A stretch of DNA of 51,405 bases, from the IMG/VR virus record IMGVR_UViG_3300044836_000039, positions 1-51,405 of that record; one strand, 5' to 3'. The number at the start of each line of letters is the position of its first letter. The first letter of the stretch is position 1. Under the pieces are notes generated by a model. It worked only from the letters and a program-made list of their open reading frames with translations, was not told where the DNA came from and did not search any database. The DNA comes from a virus (Duplodnaviria; Caudoviricetes). Below are positions 27,192 through 36,507 of the stretch, one piece after another. The position numbers and the translations under genes are program-made.

Positions 27192-27347
27192 GATGGTGGC
27201 CTTTCAGGCGGCGGGAGACGTGGGTGCAGGTCTCGCGATGCCGCCCGGGCCGGACCGTGGGTCCTTGGCCTGGCGTGCCACCCCCCGTGAGGAGGTGGGC
27301 CTCGCTTCGTGCTGACAGGCGGTGACGGTACACGCGTTGTCGCGTCA
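27192..27347 (-). promoter_or_regulatory. Capsid promoter and structured 5' leader
   Basis: TACCGT -10 near 27325-27330; TTGTCGCGTCA at 27337-27347; three hairpins in the leader. Confidence 0.55.
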
Positions 27348-27361
27348 CACGCGACGGAGCG

Positions 27362-27583
27362 TCACACTCTCGGCGTGTCGGGAGCGGTCTGCAGTCCGGT
27401 GCAGACGCATGGCATCCCGGGTGCGCCGCAGCTGCAGTCGGCCGGGTAGCCGGTCTCCCACGGACGGAGCGGGTGCTCCTCGCAGACCCAGCCGAGCCCC
27501 ATGCAGATCTCGCAGCCGGGCTGGACGAGGCTCGCGACGTGGTCCGGAATCGACACCGGGATGAAGGCCTGGTGCAGCGTCAT
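27362..27583 (-). CDS. Small Cys-rich protein
   Basis: CEIC.G.GWVCE.H...W....CSC....PC.C. Confidence 0.65.
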   Translation of the reverse strand: MTLHQAFIPVSIPDHVASLVQPGCEICMGLGWVCEEHPLRPWETGYPADCSCGAPGMPCVCTGLQTAPDTPRV

Positions 27584-27774
27584 CAGCCGGTCCGGGCGGT
27601 GCCTGACGAGGAGTCGGTGCCGGCCGCGAACACAACAACGGTCCACCTCGCACCGCAGTGGCCGCAAAGGACCACCTCCGGGACATCGCTGCGGGCCGAC
27701 ATCAGGTCGACGTGGCTGTGCCCGTCCGGAGATGTGCAGTCCTCGACCGGCTCCATCCGATCCCACCCGCTCAC
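27583..27774 (-). CDS. Small zinc-binding protein
   Basis: C...H, CGHC; coupled overlaps. Confidence 0.5.
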   Translation of the reverse strand: MSGWDRMEPVEDCTSPDGHSHVDLMSARSDVPEVVLCGHCGARWTVVVFAAGTDSSSGTARTG

Positions 27775-28177
27775 TGGGCTGAGACCTCGACGTGCCGGAG
27801 GGCGTTCAGCCATTGCTCGATTCCGGCCACACCCTCGGGGGTCAGGCCGGTGTAGGTGTCCGTTGGGCGACGGTGAGCTTCCACCAGTCGAGCGGACCCC
27901 GGCGCGCGTGGAACTCCTCGCGGGTGTTGGCGACGGTCATCGGTGGCAGGCCGAGGAAGGCGAGGCGCTCGGTCATGTCCCACCAGGTCGTGAGCCAGCG
28001 CATCTCGACGCGCTCAGCGAGATGGGAAAGCGCGGCGACCATGTCGGGCGACCAGGTGATCGGGAAGCCTTCGGCCTTCGCGGCGTGCCACTTCGGCCAG
28101 GTCATCGGGAACCCGTCACTGACCGCGTTCAGCACGCCGTCGACGTCGAGCAGCAGGATCGGCCGGGTCTCGGTCAC
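27771..28177 (-). pseudogene. HAD-superfamily (Swiss-Army-knife type) phosphatase with internal deletion and frameshift
   Basis: LLLDVDGVLN, WLTTW and WWK present; DD motif missing; expected ending TGLT....IEQWL lies in another frame after about 27860. Confidence 0.7.
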
Positions 28178-29664
28178 CGCCGGGCGCGGTCGATCCTGGC
28201 CAGTGCCTTCGTCCGGCGGGTCTCGTTGATCTTCGCCAGGTGCGCCTTCGCGCCGGGCACGAACCGCCCCGACAGGGAAGCGATCTGCTCGGCCTGGCGG
28301 GCGACCAACGTCTGCAGCTGCTGGACCTGCGACTCGATCGGCTCGCTCCTCGGGGCCCGGGGCCGGCCGACGACGGTGAACGGCTGGACCCGCTGCCGCA
28401 CCGCTGCCGACGCGAGCATCGAGGCGGCGATCGGGTCGTCCATCGCGACCTGCTCGACCGGGCCGTCGAGGAAGATCTGCGCGTCGCGGTAGGCCGGCTT
28501 CCCGCACAGCGTCGCACCGAGCAGCTCGGCGTACTGGACCGTCATCCACGGCTCGGCCGAGTCGAACGGCTCGTCGGGGATCGTGATGGTCTCCGGCGTG
28601 TTGGGGTCCCCGTCGCTGTCCTCGGGCTCGACCCAGATCTCGATCTCCGCGCCCAGGTAGGTGCCGCGCATCTCCCCGAGGTCACCGCTGATGCCGCGGA
28701 GCATCCCCTTCTCCACCAGCGTCGCGGCGGCGGTGGCCTCCTCGGAGGTGTCGAAGTTGCCGTAGCCCCAGACCTCGTTCTTGGCGTCGCGCTCGATCCG
28801 GTCGATCCGGCCGACCATCACGGTGCCCTCGGTCTCCATCGAGCCGTGCTCGTCGCGGAGCTTGTGCCACAGCGTCCACGGCCCGTCGCCCCAGACGGTC
28901 GCGCCGACGTCGATGCTCCGGCCGTCGCGGGACACGAACGCCGGGTCGTTGTAGTCCCCCTCGGGGAAGATCAGGACCCGGAACGGCGGGCCGCCGAGCT
29001 CGGGGAAGTCCCCGGCCGCGGTGACGCCCGACCAGTCCGCAGCGGAGGCGACGAGGGCCTGGCCGGCCGCGGCGATCTGGGCCTTCAGCTCGTGGACCGG
29101 GAAGCCCGGGGTGACGACCTGGCAGCAGGCGATCATCCGGTACGGGCCGCCGCGCACGAACTGCCGCCAGTCACCGCTGGGCGGGAACGCCTTCGCCTTG
29201 TGGACCATCAGGTCCGTGGCTCCCGGGGCGACCGAGCCGGCGACCCAGATCCCGTGCTGCCCTTCCGACGCGCGGACGTGCGCCCACGCCGTCGCCACGT
29301 TGTCGTAGTGCTCGAGGGCGGCCTGCGGGGTCACGTCGAGCGGGGCGTGGCCGCCGCCGATGGTGAGGTGCCCGATGTCGAGGTCGTCGCCTTCGGCGGT
29401 GGTGACCCGGCCGGTGTGGAACTCGCTGAAGTCGTCGCCGCGGACCTTGTCCGAGCTGACGCCGGTCGCGCGATGGGCAGCGCCCCACGGCGCGATGTGC
29501 CCGTACACCTGGCCGTCGTCGGTGACGGTGAGGCGGGTGTAACCGTCCGGCTCGGGGTGGCTGTACCAGGCAGCCGGGGCGGCCAGGACCCCGCGGCCGA
29601 CGCCGTGCTCGGTGCTGGGGGCGCTGGCGGTGATCGCGCCGAGGCCGGTCGCGGTCTTGGTCAT
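28174..29664 (-). CDS. Capsid maturation protease (two-domain)
   Basis: DDGQVYGHIA.W, GHA, HYDN, GIWVAG, SGDWR domain plus PEG..DGR, H, VGRI, GISGD, GATL..PAY domain. Confidence 0.8.
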   Translation of the reverse strand: MTKTATGLGAITASAPSTEHGVGRGVLAAPAAWYSHPEPDGYTRLTVTDDGQVYGHIAPWGAAHRATGVSSDKVRGDDFSEFHTGRVTTAEGDDLDIGHLTIGGGHAPLDVTPQAALEHYDNVATAWAHVRASEGQHGIWVAGSVAPGATDLMVHKAKAFPPSGDWRQFVRGGPYRMIACCQVVTPGFPVHELKAQIAAAGQALVASAADWSGVTAAGDFPELGGPPFRVLIFPEGDYNDPAFVSRDGRSIDVGATVWGDGPWTLWHKLRDEHGSMETEGTVMVGRIDRIERDAKNEVWGYGNFDTSEEATAAATLVEKGMLRGISGDLGEMRGTYLGAEIEIWVEPEDSDGDPNTPETITIPDEPFDSAEPWMTVQYAELLGATLCGKPAYRDAQIFLDGPVEQVAMDDPIAASMLASAAVRQRVQPFTVVGRPRAPRSEPIESQVQQLQTLVARQAEQIASLSGRFVPGAKAHLAKINETRRTKALARIDRARR

Positions 29665-29855
29665 GAGTCCTCCGGGCAGTGGTGGCAGTGGGAACCGTCG
29701 GCGTGACGACGCTCGGTCGTGGCGCCAGGACCAGCACCCGGCTGCGGCTTCGGTGGCGTGGGGCTGCCGTCACCGGATGGATAGCCGCCGCGCGCGGTCC
29801 GTCGTACGACGACCTTCGGTGGTCGGCGCCGGGACCAGGGCGTGCGGAGCAGCAT
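29661..29855 (-). CDS. Small basic hypothetical protein
   Basis: Fills the gap with overlaps on both sides. Confidence 0.35.
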   Translation of the reverse strand: MLLRTPWSRRRPPKVVVRRTARGGYPSGDGSPTPPKPQPGAGPGATTERRHADGSHCHHCPEDS

Positions 29856-30226
29856 CACGTCACCCTCGGCGGCCAGGCCCACGTCCCAGCGGGCTGCGCC
29901 GTGTAGTCACCGGACCAGAACGCATCGCCCTTAGCGTCGAGCGCCGGCTCCCACTGCGGGATGTCGCTCTCCTGCAGCGTCCCGCCGGCTGGCGGGTTCG
30001 CGCGGCCCAGCTCGGCCGGGGTGCTCGCCGACCGCTCGCCGGGGATGCCGCACGTCATCACGCACAGGTGCACGTGCGTGTCCGACGACAGGTCCGGCAC
30101 GTGGCCGGCGTCGACGTTCGGCCGGTACAGCGTGTCGACGGTCGCGCTGATGATCGCCGGCATCGAGTACGTCCCGGTCTTCGACCGGTAGATCACGACA
30201 CGGCCGATGCTTGGACGCTGGCTCAT
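29855..30226 (-). CDS. Conserved phage hypothetical protein
   Basis: PSIGRVV.Y...PAII...V.L.V...W.WPPRV. Confidence 0.75.
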   Translation of the reverse strand: MSQRPSIGRVVIYRSKTGTYSMPAIISATVDTLYRPNVDAGHVPDLSSDTHVHLCVMTCGIPGERSASTPAELGRANPPAGGTLQESDIPQWEPALDAKGDAFWSGDYTAQPAGTWAWPPRVT

Positions 30227-30411
30227 GAGCCGTACCTGCTTCCAACGACGGGTGATGGACGGGTCGGGTGAGGCGCCGGCAGCCGATGCGGCACGACCTG
30301 GCCGTCGCGCTCGGCCTCGTCGAGGCGATCGAGCACTGCGTTGGTCACGCGGACGGCGGCGACCATCGCGCCGACGAACAGGCACGCCGTCGCGAGCAGC
30401 AGGCGCCTCAC
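30223..30411 (-). CDS. Small membrane or secreted protein
   Basis: N-terminal hydrophobic helix; 4-bp overlaps. Confidence 0.5.
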   Translation of the reverse strand: MRRLLLATACLFVGAMVAAVRVTNAVLDRLDEAERDGQVVPHRLPAPHPTRPSPVVGSRYGS

Positions 30412-32873
30412 CGGGTCACCGCCGCGGCGAGGGGCTCGTCGTACACCGGCTCGTCCGCACCCAGGTTCGGCTCATCGCCGGTGCCCGACATGCCACCGCG
30501 AGCGTCGTAGATCGGGATCACGTCGCATCCGCAGCCGTCATGATCGCCAGCCTGAAAGAAGGGCTCGGGCGGGAAGGTGCCTGGGTTGGCCAGAGCGTCG
30601 TCGGTGAAGCTGGTGAAGCGCAGCCCGTTCAGCTCGTAGTGCGGCTCGAACATCCGGTCGCCGGAGGTGATGCCGTAGTTCCACTCGTACTCGATCAGCG
30701 GCAGCGCCGCGGAGTCGAAGATGTCCGCGCTGATCCGCCCGGTCGCCAACCCGACGCCGCTGTCCCCGACGCTCACGGGCAGCCCAGCCGCATCGAACCC
30801 ACCATGGCCCTCGGGGAGCCCCGACGCGTAGGCGACCGCCGCGCGGGCGACGGCCATCGGGACGGTCGTCGGCTCATCGGCCGGCGCCGGCGCGAACAGC
30901 CGCGCACCCAGGAGCGCGCTCAGGCTCCCCGCCAGGTAGTCGACCGCCGCGGTGCGCCACCCCTCGAGGACGGAAGAGGCGGGCCGGATCGCTCCGTCAC
31001 CCGCCAGGCCGGCAGCGACAGCAACGGCCCGGATCTGCGCCGAGGTCAGGATCGATAGGGCCCGGGTCCGGAGCTCGTCGAGTGCACCGCGGAGCAGCTC
31101 ATCGGCGGCGAGGGAGGCGAGGATCGCCGGGGTCGGTTCGGTCAGGGCCCGGACCGCGGTCGGCGCGACCAGGGATGCGCACACCGCCGGCCCGAGGATC
31201 GCCGGGAGCTCCCGGCGTGACGCGGACGCGGCCAGCCCCCGGGCGGCGGTGTCCTTCTGCGCTGCACCGGCGAGGTTCGCGACGGCCCGGCGCAGGGCTG
31301 CGCTGACCGCGACCTCGCACTCGGTGTGCAGCCGGGTCCGGACCTCCCGGTCGAGGTCGACCAGCGGCCGGGTCGAGATCGCCGCTGGGCTGGCGGCTGC
31401 GGTCACTGGCTCACCGTCGATCGTCGTGCCGTCCTGCGTGCCACCGGCGGCCGGTGATGCGGGCGCGGGCAGCGAGAGCGCAGCCGGTTCGGTGTCCGGG
31501 CCGAGCTGCCCTGATGCGACCATCGCCACCAAGGCCTGCGCCGCCTCCGGAGCGAGGTGCATCTTCTCCGCCAGCCGCAAGGCCCGCTCCACCGCCGTCG
31601 GGGCGTCGTCGTCGTTGAACGACTTGTAACGACGCAGCGCAGCACCCGACATCTCCCCGGCGTCGAACACCGACTGCGCGGGCTCAGCAAGATCCGGCTC
31701 CGACACGAGCTCGGTCGGGTCGTACCAGACGAACACCGACCGGACGGTCTGGGCATCGACCCCTGCGCCGAGCAACCCCGGGCGAAGGATCGACACCGTC
31801 AAGGCATCGGCCATCACGACCGCGAACGGCTCCACGTAGTGCCGGAACACGTTCTTGTCGATCTGGATCGCGTTGCTGTACTTCACGTTCTGCATGCCAG
31901 TCAGCACGTCCGGGGGCAGGTCCAGGCCGTGCCCGATCCGGCGGATCAACGCTTCTCGCCGCGGCAACGTCGTCGGGTCCGCTGGCCTGTCGTAGGTCTG
32001 CAGGAACACCATGTCCGAGACCTTCATCCCGGCCGGGGCTTCGATCTCCACGAAGATCGGGACGGCAGCCGCAGCAGAACCCTCGTTCGTGATCGCGGAC
32101 GTGGCAGCCTCGACGACCGCATCAAGGATCCGGCCCGCCTTGTCGCGGGTGTCGTCCGGCCCAGACGGTGGGAGCTGGACCCGGGAGTCGAAGAAGTTGA
32201 TGCCGGAACGCGCCAGCCGGCTGCGGTCGCCGGCGCGTTCGCTCTGCGACAGCAGCAGCAGCTCCTCGCAGACCTCGATGAGCCGGACCATCGGGGAGTC
32301 AGGCATCGACTGGTACCGCGGGTGCGGCCGCCAGACCCGGTCGAACGTGGGTGACAGAGCCGGGTCCAGGGCCACGGCTGTCGCACCGGGCATGTCCCGC
32401 ACAGCGATCCGGCCGTCGACGTCATCGACCTCGGAGACCGACCGGACCCGGATGCTCTCGTCGCCCGTGTCCGGGTCGACGCAGCCCTGCAGGTACGCCT
32501 CACCGGCGAGCTCGAGGTTCACTGCCAGCGGGCGGGTCACGGCGGCCTGCGCCGGTCCCTCCCCGATCAGGGCCATCGTCGCGACGCACTCGTCGTAGAA
32601 GACTTGGCCGTCGTCGTCGGGATTGACCGGCCGGGGCTTCCCCTCGTCGTCGAGGACGGCGGCGTAGAACCGGATCCGGCTGCAGCTGTTGGCGAAGAAC
32701 CCGACCCCGTCACCGACCTCGGGGACGTCGTCGTAGTACGTGTACGCGCGTTCCTGCCAGTCCGACGGCTTGCGAACCGCCCGGCCGCTAGTGACGCGCT
32801 TGTCGACCTTGAGGCGGGCCGCCGATGCGGTCATCGCCCTGGTCTTCGTGGTCTTGCTCCGGCCCAGCGGCAT
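30408..32873 (-). CDS. Portal protein with long C-terminal MuF-like extension
   Basis: WQ..A...YD.V.E, RVWRPHP....PDSP, VP, LDLPP..L.G, WYD portal motifs; C-terminal Y.W.Y, H..LNG, GDH.GC.C. Confidence 0.82.
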   Translation of the reverse strand: MPLGRSKTTKTRAMTASAARLKVDKRVTSGRAVRKPSDWQERAYTYYDDVPEVGDGVGFFANSCSRIRFYAAVLDDEGKPRPVNPDDDGQVFYDECVATMALIGEGPAQAAVTRPLAVNLELAGEAYLQGCVDPDTGDESIRVRSVSEVDDVDGRIAVRDMPGATAVALDPALSPTFDRVWRPHPRYQSMPDSPMVRLIEVCEELLLLSQSERAGDRSRLARSGINFFDSRVQLPPSGPDDTRDKAGRILDAVVEAATSAITNEGSAAAAVPIFVEIEAPAGMKVSDMVFLQTYDRPADPTTLPRREALIRRIGHGLDLPPDVLTGMQNVKYSNAIQIDKNVFRHYVEPFAVVMADALTVSILRPGLLGAGVDAQTVRSVFVWYDPTELVSEPDLAEPAQSVFDAGEMSGAALRRYKSFNDDDAPTAVERALRLAEKMHLAPEAAQALVAMVASGQLGPDTEPAALSLPAPASPAAGGTQDGTTIDGEPVTAAASPAAISTRPLVDLDREVRTRLHTECEVAVSAALRRAVANLAGAAQKDTAARGLAASASRRELPAILGPAVCASLVAPTAVRALTEPTPAILASLAADELLRGALDELRTRALSILTSAQIRAVAVAAGLAGDGAIRPASSVLEGWRTAAVDYLAGSLSALLGARLFAPAPADEPTTVPMAVARAAVAYASGLPEGHGGFDAAGLPVSVGDSGVGLATGRISADIFDSAALPLIEYEWNYGITSGDRMFEPHYELNGLRFTSFTDDALANPGTFPPEPFFQAGDHDGCGCDVIPIYDARGGMSGTGDEPNLGADEPVYDEPLAAAVTR

Positions 32874-33199
32874 CAGTCGCCGACCCGGCCCATGAGCACC
32901 GCCGCGGCTGCGCTCAGGGTGAGGCCGACGGCGACCGGTGCCCACAGCCAGTCAACCCAGAGCCGGGCGCAGACGACCCCCGCCGCGATCCAGATGCTCA
33001 CGCACCACGGGCACGTCACGAAGTACGCCCAGACCCCACGGCGCTTCAGGGACCGCTTCGTCACCAGTCTCCGCGGGCGGTCCAGGATCCGGTCGGCCAC
33101 CACCAGGCGGACCAGGCGGAACACGGCGAGGGCGTCAACGAGCAGAGCGACGGGTGCGGGCAGGCCGAGGGGGTCGCGTGCATACGCGCCGGGGACCAT
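32873..33199 (-). CDS. DUF1360-like membrane protein
   Basis: A..RL.RLV..D.I...R, TCPWCVSIW; leaderless ATG 7 nt after TACCCT. Confidence 0.8.
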   Translation of the reverse strand: MVPGAYARDPLGLPAPVALLVDALAVFRLVRLVVADRILDRPRRLVTKRSLKRRGVWAYFVTCPWCVSIWIAAGVVCARLWVDWLWAPVAVGLTLSAAAAVLMGRVGD

Positions 33200-33260
33200 G
33201 ACGGGCAGGGTACGACAACGCAGACGCGACAGTCCGTCAAGCAGGCGGGTGCGCGTGGCG

Positions 33261-33470
33261 TCAGATCTCCGCTGTCGGGTCCTCACGTTCGGCCTGGCGG
33301 GCTTGGACGTAGTCGGTGCCGCTGGATTCGACGAGCGCGGCGATCGAGATCCAGAACAGGATCGGGACCGACCCGGTCTGCCCGATCGCGAAGATCACTG
33401 CACCGAACAGCAGCCAGCCGATGACGCGCGCGAGGTGGAACCGGCGGACGTGCCGGATCGGGACCGTCAT
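33261..33470 (-). CDS. Small two-TM membrane protein
   Basis: Two hydrophobic helices. Confidence 0.55.
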   Translation of the reverse strand: MTVPIRHVRRFHLARVIGWLLFGAVIFAIGQTGSVPILFWISIAALVESSGTDYVQARQAEREDPTAEI

Positions 33471-33646
33471 CAGCGTTGCTGCCGACAGAACATCCAGTGC
33501 AGCGGGACCACTCGCGGAAGCAAGCACGCGCTGCAGAACACGAGGTTGACGAGCCAGTTCGCCAGCCGGGTCCGTTTCGGCAGGGGTGGGTACTTGCGGG
33601 CGGCCGCTATGGCCTCCCACTCGCGGAGCGTGTGCGACTCAGGCAT
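33470..33646 (-). CDS. Small hypothetical protein
   Basis: Stop/start overlaps on both sides. Confidence 0.45.
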   Translation of the reverse strand: MPESHTLREWEAIAAARKYPPLPKRTRLANWLVNLVFCSACLLPRVVPLHWMFCRQQR

Positions 33647-33978
33647 CAGCCGGCGACGGTCACCGGTCCGGCGTCCGGGAACGGCTCGGTCGACCGCAGC
33701 GCCGACCCGCAGCCGCACCCGGAGCCGCGGGCGACCTGCACGACCCGGCCGTCGGTCAGGACGAACCGGGCCGGCAGCGCCGACCAGACCTGCCCGATCT
33801 CCGACCGCTCCACGTCGTAGGCCACCTCGACCCGGACCAGCCCGGTGCTCGCCTCGACCAGCATCAGCAGCGTCCCGCCGGCCGTCGCGACGACCCGCAA
33901 CCGGCCAGCCGGCACACCCAGATCCGCAGGCGGGTCGACCAGCTCAGCCGGGAAGGTGTCCCGCACGATGACCGTCAC
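33646..33978 (-). CDS. Hypothetical protein with GCGCGS motif
   Basis: ORF after terL, preceded by the late motif. Confidence 0.65.
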   Translation of the reverse strand: MTVIVRDTFPAELVDPPADLGVPAGRLRVVATAGGTLLMLVEASTGLVRVEVAYDVERSEIGQVWSALPARFVLTDGRVVQVARGSGCGCGSALRSTEPFPDAGPVTVAG

Positions 33979-34014
33979 CCGGACAGCGTTGCACGCGCTG
34001 ACGCGACAAGGCGT

Positions 34015-35670
34015 TCAGCGACGCGCGGCACGGATCGGCAACGCCCGCGCGCTCGGCGACGCGATCGACCGCGGGCCGGACAGGATCCGCGGCAGCAGCT
34101 CGGTCACCAGATAGACCGACGCGTCGAGCCGGTCCGGGGAGTCCATCCCCTGCTGGTAGGTCGCCCACTGCTCCTCGAGCTCCGGGAACACCCCGGCGAG
34201 ACCGACCCGGTCCTCCCGCATCGCCTGCGCGACCGGCTCCGCGCGGGCGACCTTGCCCTTCTTCGCGCTGACCTCCACGATTCGCGGACAAAGCCCGGAC
34301 AATGCGCCCTCAATCTCGAGCGCCGCCCATGCCTGCCGCACGATCGTCCCGGCCTGGTCGCCGCCGTAGTTCTTCTCCACGACGAACGCGTCCGCGCCGA
34401 TCTCGTGCGCGAGCTGGCACGCAGCCCGGCCCCACTCGGCGGCACTCATCCGCGCCGACCGGTCGTGTGTCAGGTAGGCCCGCGCGTCGATGCCCAGGCC
34501 GCCGGCGACGACACCGGCCTCGTCCTGCCCACCGCCGGACGGGTCGAGGGCGACGATCCGGCGGCGCATCTCCGGCAGCTGGTCGGCGGGGACCCGGATC
34601 TTGCGGAGCAGGTCGTGCCCGACCAGGCCGCCCTCGAGCGGCGTGGGGCGTTGCTGGAGCAGCGCCGCGAAGGTCCGAGGTGACACGACGCGGGTCCGCT
34701 CGGCGCGCCGGCGGTACTCCTGCGGGTCCATCGTCGGGTGCGGGATCGGCTCGCCGACAGCCCTGCCGAGCGGATCGTGAGGCTCGTCCAACGGCCGGCC
34801 GCAGGGGCACGCTCCGACGATCTCCCCGGTCTCGGGGTGCTTGACCGGCTGGTGGGGTTCAGCGAGGGCGGGGGCGTTCACGATCCGCCACCGTCCCCCG
34901 TTCTGAACGGTGCCCTCCTCAGCGATCAGCCTGCCGCCGAGGTCGTCCTCATGCCAGCGGGTCATCATCAGCACGATGAACCCGGTCGGGCCCATCCGCA
35001 TCTCGAACACGTCGCGGTACCAGCCGTAGACGGCCTCCCGGACGACAGAGCTGTCGGCTTCCTGCCGGTCCTTTACCGGGTCGTCGATGATGCCCGCGTC
35101 GACCGGGTCACCGGTGAGGCCACCACCCACACCCACGGACTTCATCCCGCCGCGGTGACCGTCGAGGTCCCAGTCGTCGACAGCCGCCGAGCCGCGCGCG
35201 ACGGTCAGGCCGAGCTCGGGATGGGCGGTCAGCAGGTTTCGCACGAACCGACCGCGCTTGCGGGCCAGGTGCGCGGCGTAGGACGCGACGGCGACGCGCC
35301 AGTCCGGGCGGGTCGACAGCAGCCAGGCCGCACCCCACTCCGACACCCGCCGTGACTTCCCGACCTGCGGCGGCATGAAGATCCCGACCCGGTCCGCGTG
35401 GCCGTCGCGGCAGGCCCGGAGCTCGGCGTCGATCAGGTCGAGATGCGCGCGTTGATGCTCCCGGCCGCTGGTGCACTGCGCCGCGAGGGCACCGGGGCTG
35501 TCCGGGATCGGCTGGCGATGGTCGGCGGTGTGGAGCTCACCGATCGTGTCGAGGTGATGTTGGAGCTTGCGGTACAGGTCGGGGTCGTCGTCCTGGAGCT
35601 CTTGCCACTCGACGGTGGTCTGGGGCAGGCCGCGGGGAAGCCGAAGCTGCAGCTGCGCCGGCGACGTCAC
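34015..35670 (-). CDS. terL: Terminase large subunit
   Basis: PPQVGKS Walker A, IIDDP Walker B, MTRWHEDDL, VALDPS, EKNYGG, SPDRLDA. Confidence 0.95.
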   Translation of the reverse strand: MTSPAQLQLRLPRGLPQTTVEWQELQDDDPDLYRKLQHHLDTIGELHTADHRQPIPDSPGALAAQCTSGREHQRAHLDLIDAELRACRDGHADRVGIFMPPQVGKSRRVSEWGAAWLLSTRPDWRVAVASYAAHLARKRGRFVRNLLTAHPELGLTVARGSAAVDDWDLDGHRGGMKSVGVGGGLTGDPVDAGIIDDPVKDRQEADSSVVREAVYGWYRDVFEMRMGPTGFIVLMMTRWHEDDLGGRLIAEEGTVQNGGRWRIVNAPALAEPHQPVKHPETGEIVGACPCGRPLDEPHDPLGRAVGEPIPHPTMDPQEYRRRAERTRVVSPRTFAALLQQRPTPLEGGLVGHDLLRKIRVPADQLPEMRRRIVALDPSGGGQDEAGVVAGGLGIDARAYLTHDRSARMSAAEWGRAACQLAHEIGADAFVVEKNYGGDQAGTIVRQAWAALEIEGALSGLCPRIVEVSAKKGKVARAEPVAQAMREDRVGLAGVFPELEEQWATYQQGMDSPDRLDASVYLVTELLPRILSGPRSIASPSARALPIRAARR

Positions 35671-35705
35671 CGGGTCAGTGTCAACCCTGACGCGACAAAC
35701 CGCCG

Positions 35706-35963
35706 TCAGGCGGACTGCCGATGCACCGGGCAGTCCTGCTGGCGGAAGGTGCCGCCCTGGTTCCGGAAGATCCGGTGCGCCCGCCAGTACGCCTGCCACT
35801 CGGCTAGAACCGCGGGGTCGCTGATCGTGTGCAGGGCCGGCGACGTCGGTTCGGGCATCGGCTTGGCGCAGACGCAGTCGGGGTGCGCGCCGGTTGGTCT
35901 GCGACCCCAGCCGGCGGCGATCGCGGCCAGGGCCTTCTCCCGATCCGCGGGCAGGTCGCTCAT
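35706..35963 (-). CDS. Hypothetical protein (CxC ... CPVH)
   Basis: Operon-coupled; metal-binding motif. Confidence 0.6.
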   Translation of the reverse strand: MSDLPADREKALAAIAAGWGRRPTGAHPDCVCAKPMPEPTSPALHTISDPAVLAEWQAYWRAHRIFRNQGGTFRQQDCPVHRQSA

Positions 35964-36250
35964 CGGGTGATCATCGGCCGTTGCCGTCGCGAACAGAGAC
36001 CGACCCGCCGTGCCGGTTCGAGTGCCCCGACGGCATCGGCTGGCGGGCGGCGACCTCCCGGTAGGTGCCGGTCCGGCCGGTCGCGCCGATCCTGCCGTGC
36101 TGACCGGGCGAGCTTGAGCCGGCGGACCGATGCGGCGGCCTGCTCCATCTGCACGTCGTCCATGGTCTGGCGTTGGGTGCCGCGGCGGTCCTCCGCGCAG
36201 CGTTGGATGTCGCACCCGACCACACGATGACGACGGCACGGCTCCGTCAT
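35960..36250 (-). CDS. Hypothetical basic protein
   Basis: 4-bp overlaps on both sides. Confidence 0.45.
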   Translation of the reverse strand: MTEPCRRHRVVGCDIQRCAEDRRGTQRQTMDDVQMEQAAASVRRLKLARSARQDRRDRPDRHLPGGRRPPADAVGALEPARRVGLCSRRQRPMITR

Positions 36251-36507
36251 GCCGGGTCCCGGATGACGACACCGGTCGAGTAGCCGGGCAGGACCACCAC
36301 GTCGTAGCCGGTCAACCGCAGGCCGGCGGCCATCCGCTCGGCCACCTGGTCACCCATCACCCAGATCCCGTAGCCGCTCCGGCCGCCCATGCCACGGTTC
36401 GACGGATGCACGTCGCTGACGCCGCACACGTCGGCCCTGGCGGCTTTCGCAGCTGCGATCAGCGCCTCCCACGCAGTCGCGTACAACGCCGCCGGATCGA
36501 CCGTCAC
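36247..36507 (-). CDS. Hypothetical protein
   Basis: 4-bp overlaps on both sides. Confidence 0.6.
   Translation of the reverse strand: MTVDPAALYATAWEALIAAAKAARADVCGVSDVHPSNRGMGGRSGYGIWVMGDQVAERMAAGLRLTGYDVVVLPGYSTGVVIRDPA

Noticed and set aside
25362-27290. Long plus-strand ORFs antisense to structural and replication genes (also 28240-29706, 40047-41906, 42300-43751)
   Set aside because: Typical high-GC shadow frames opposite well-supported genes, with no recognisable motifs
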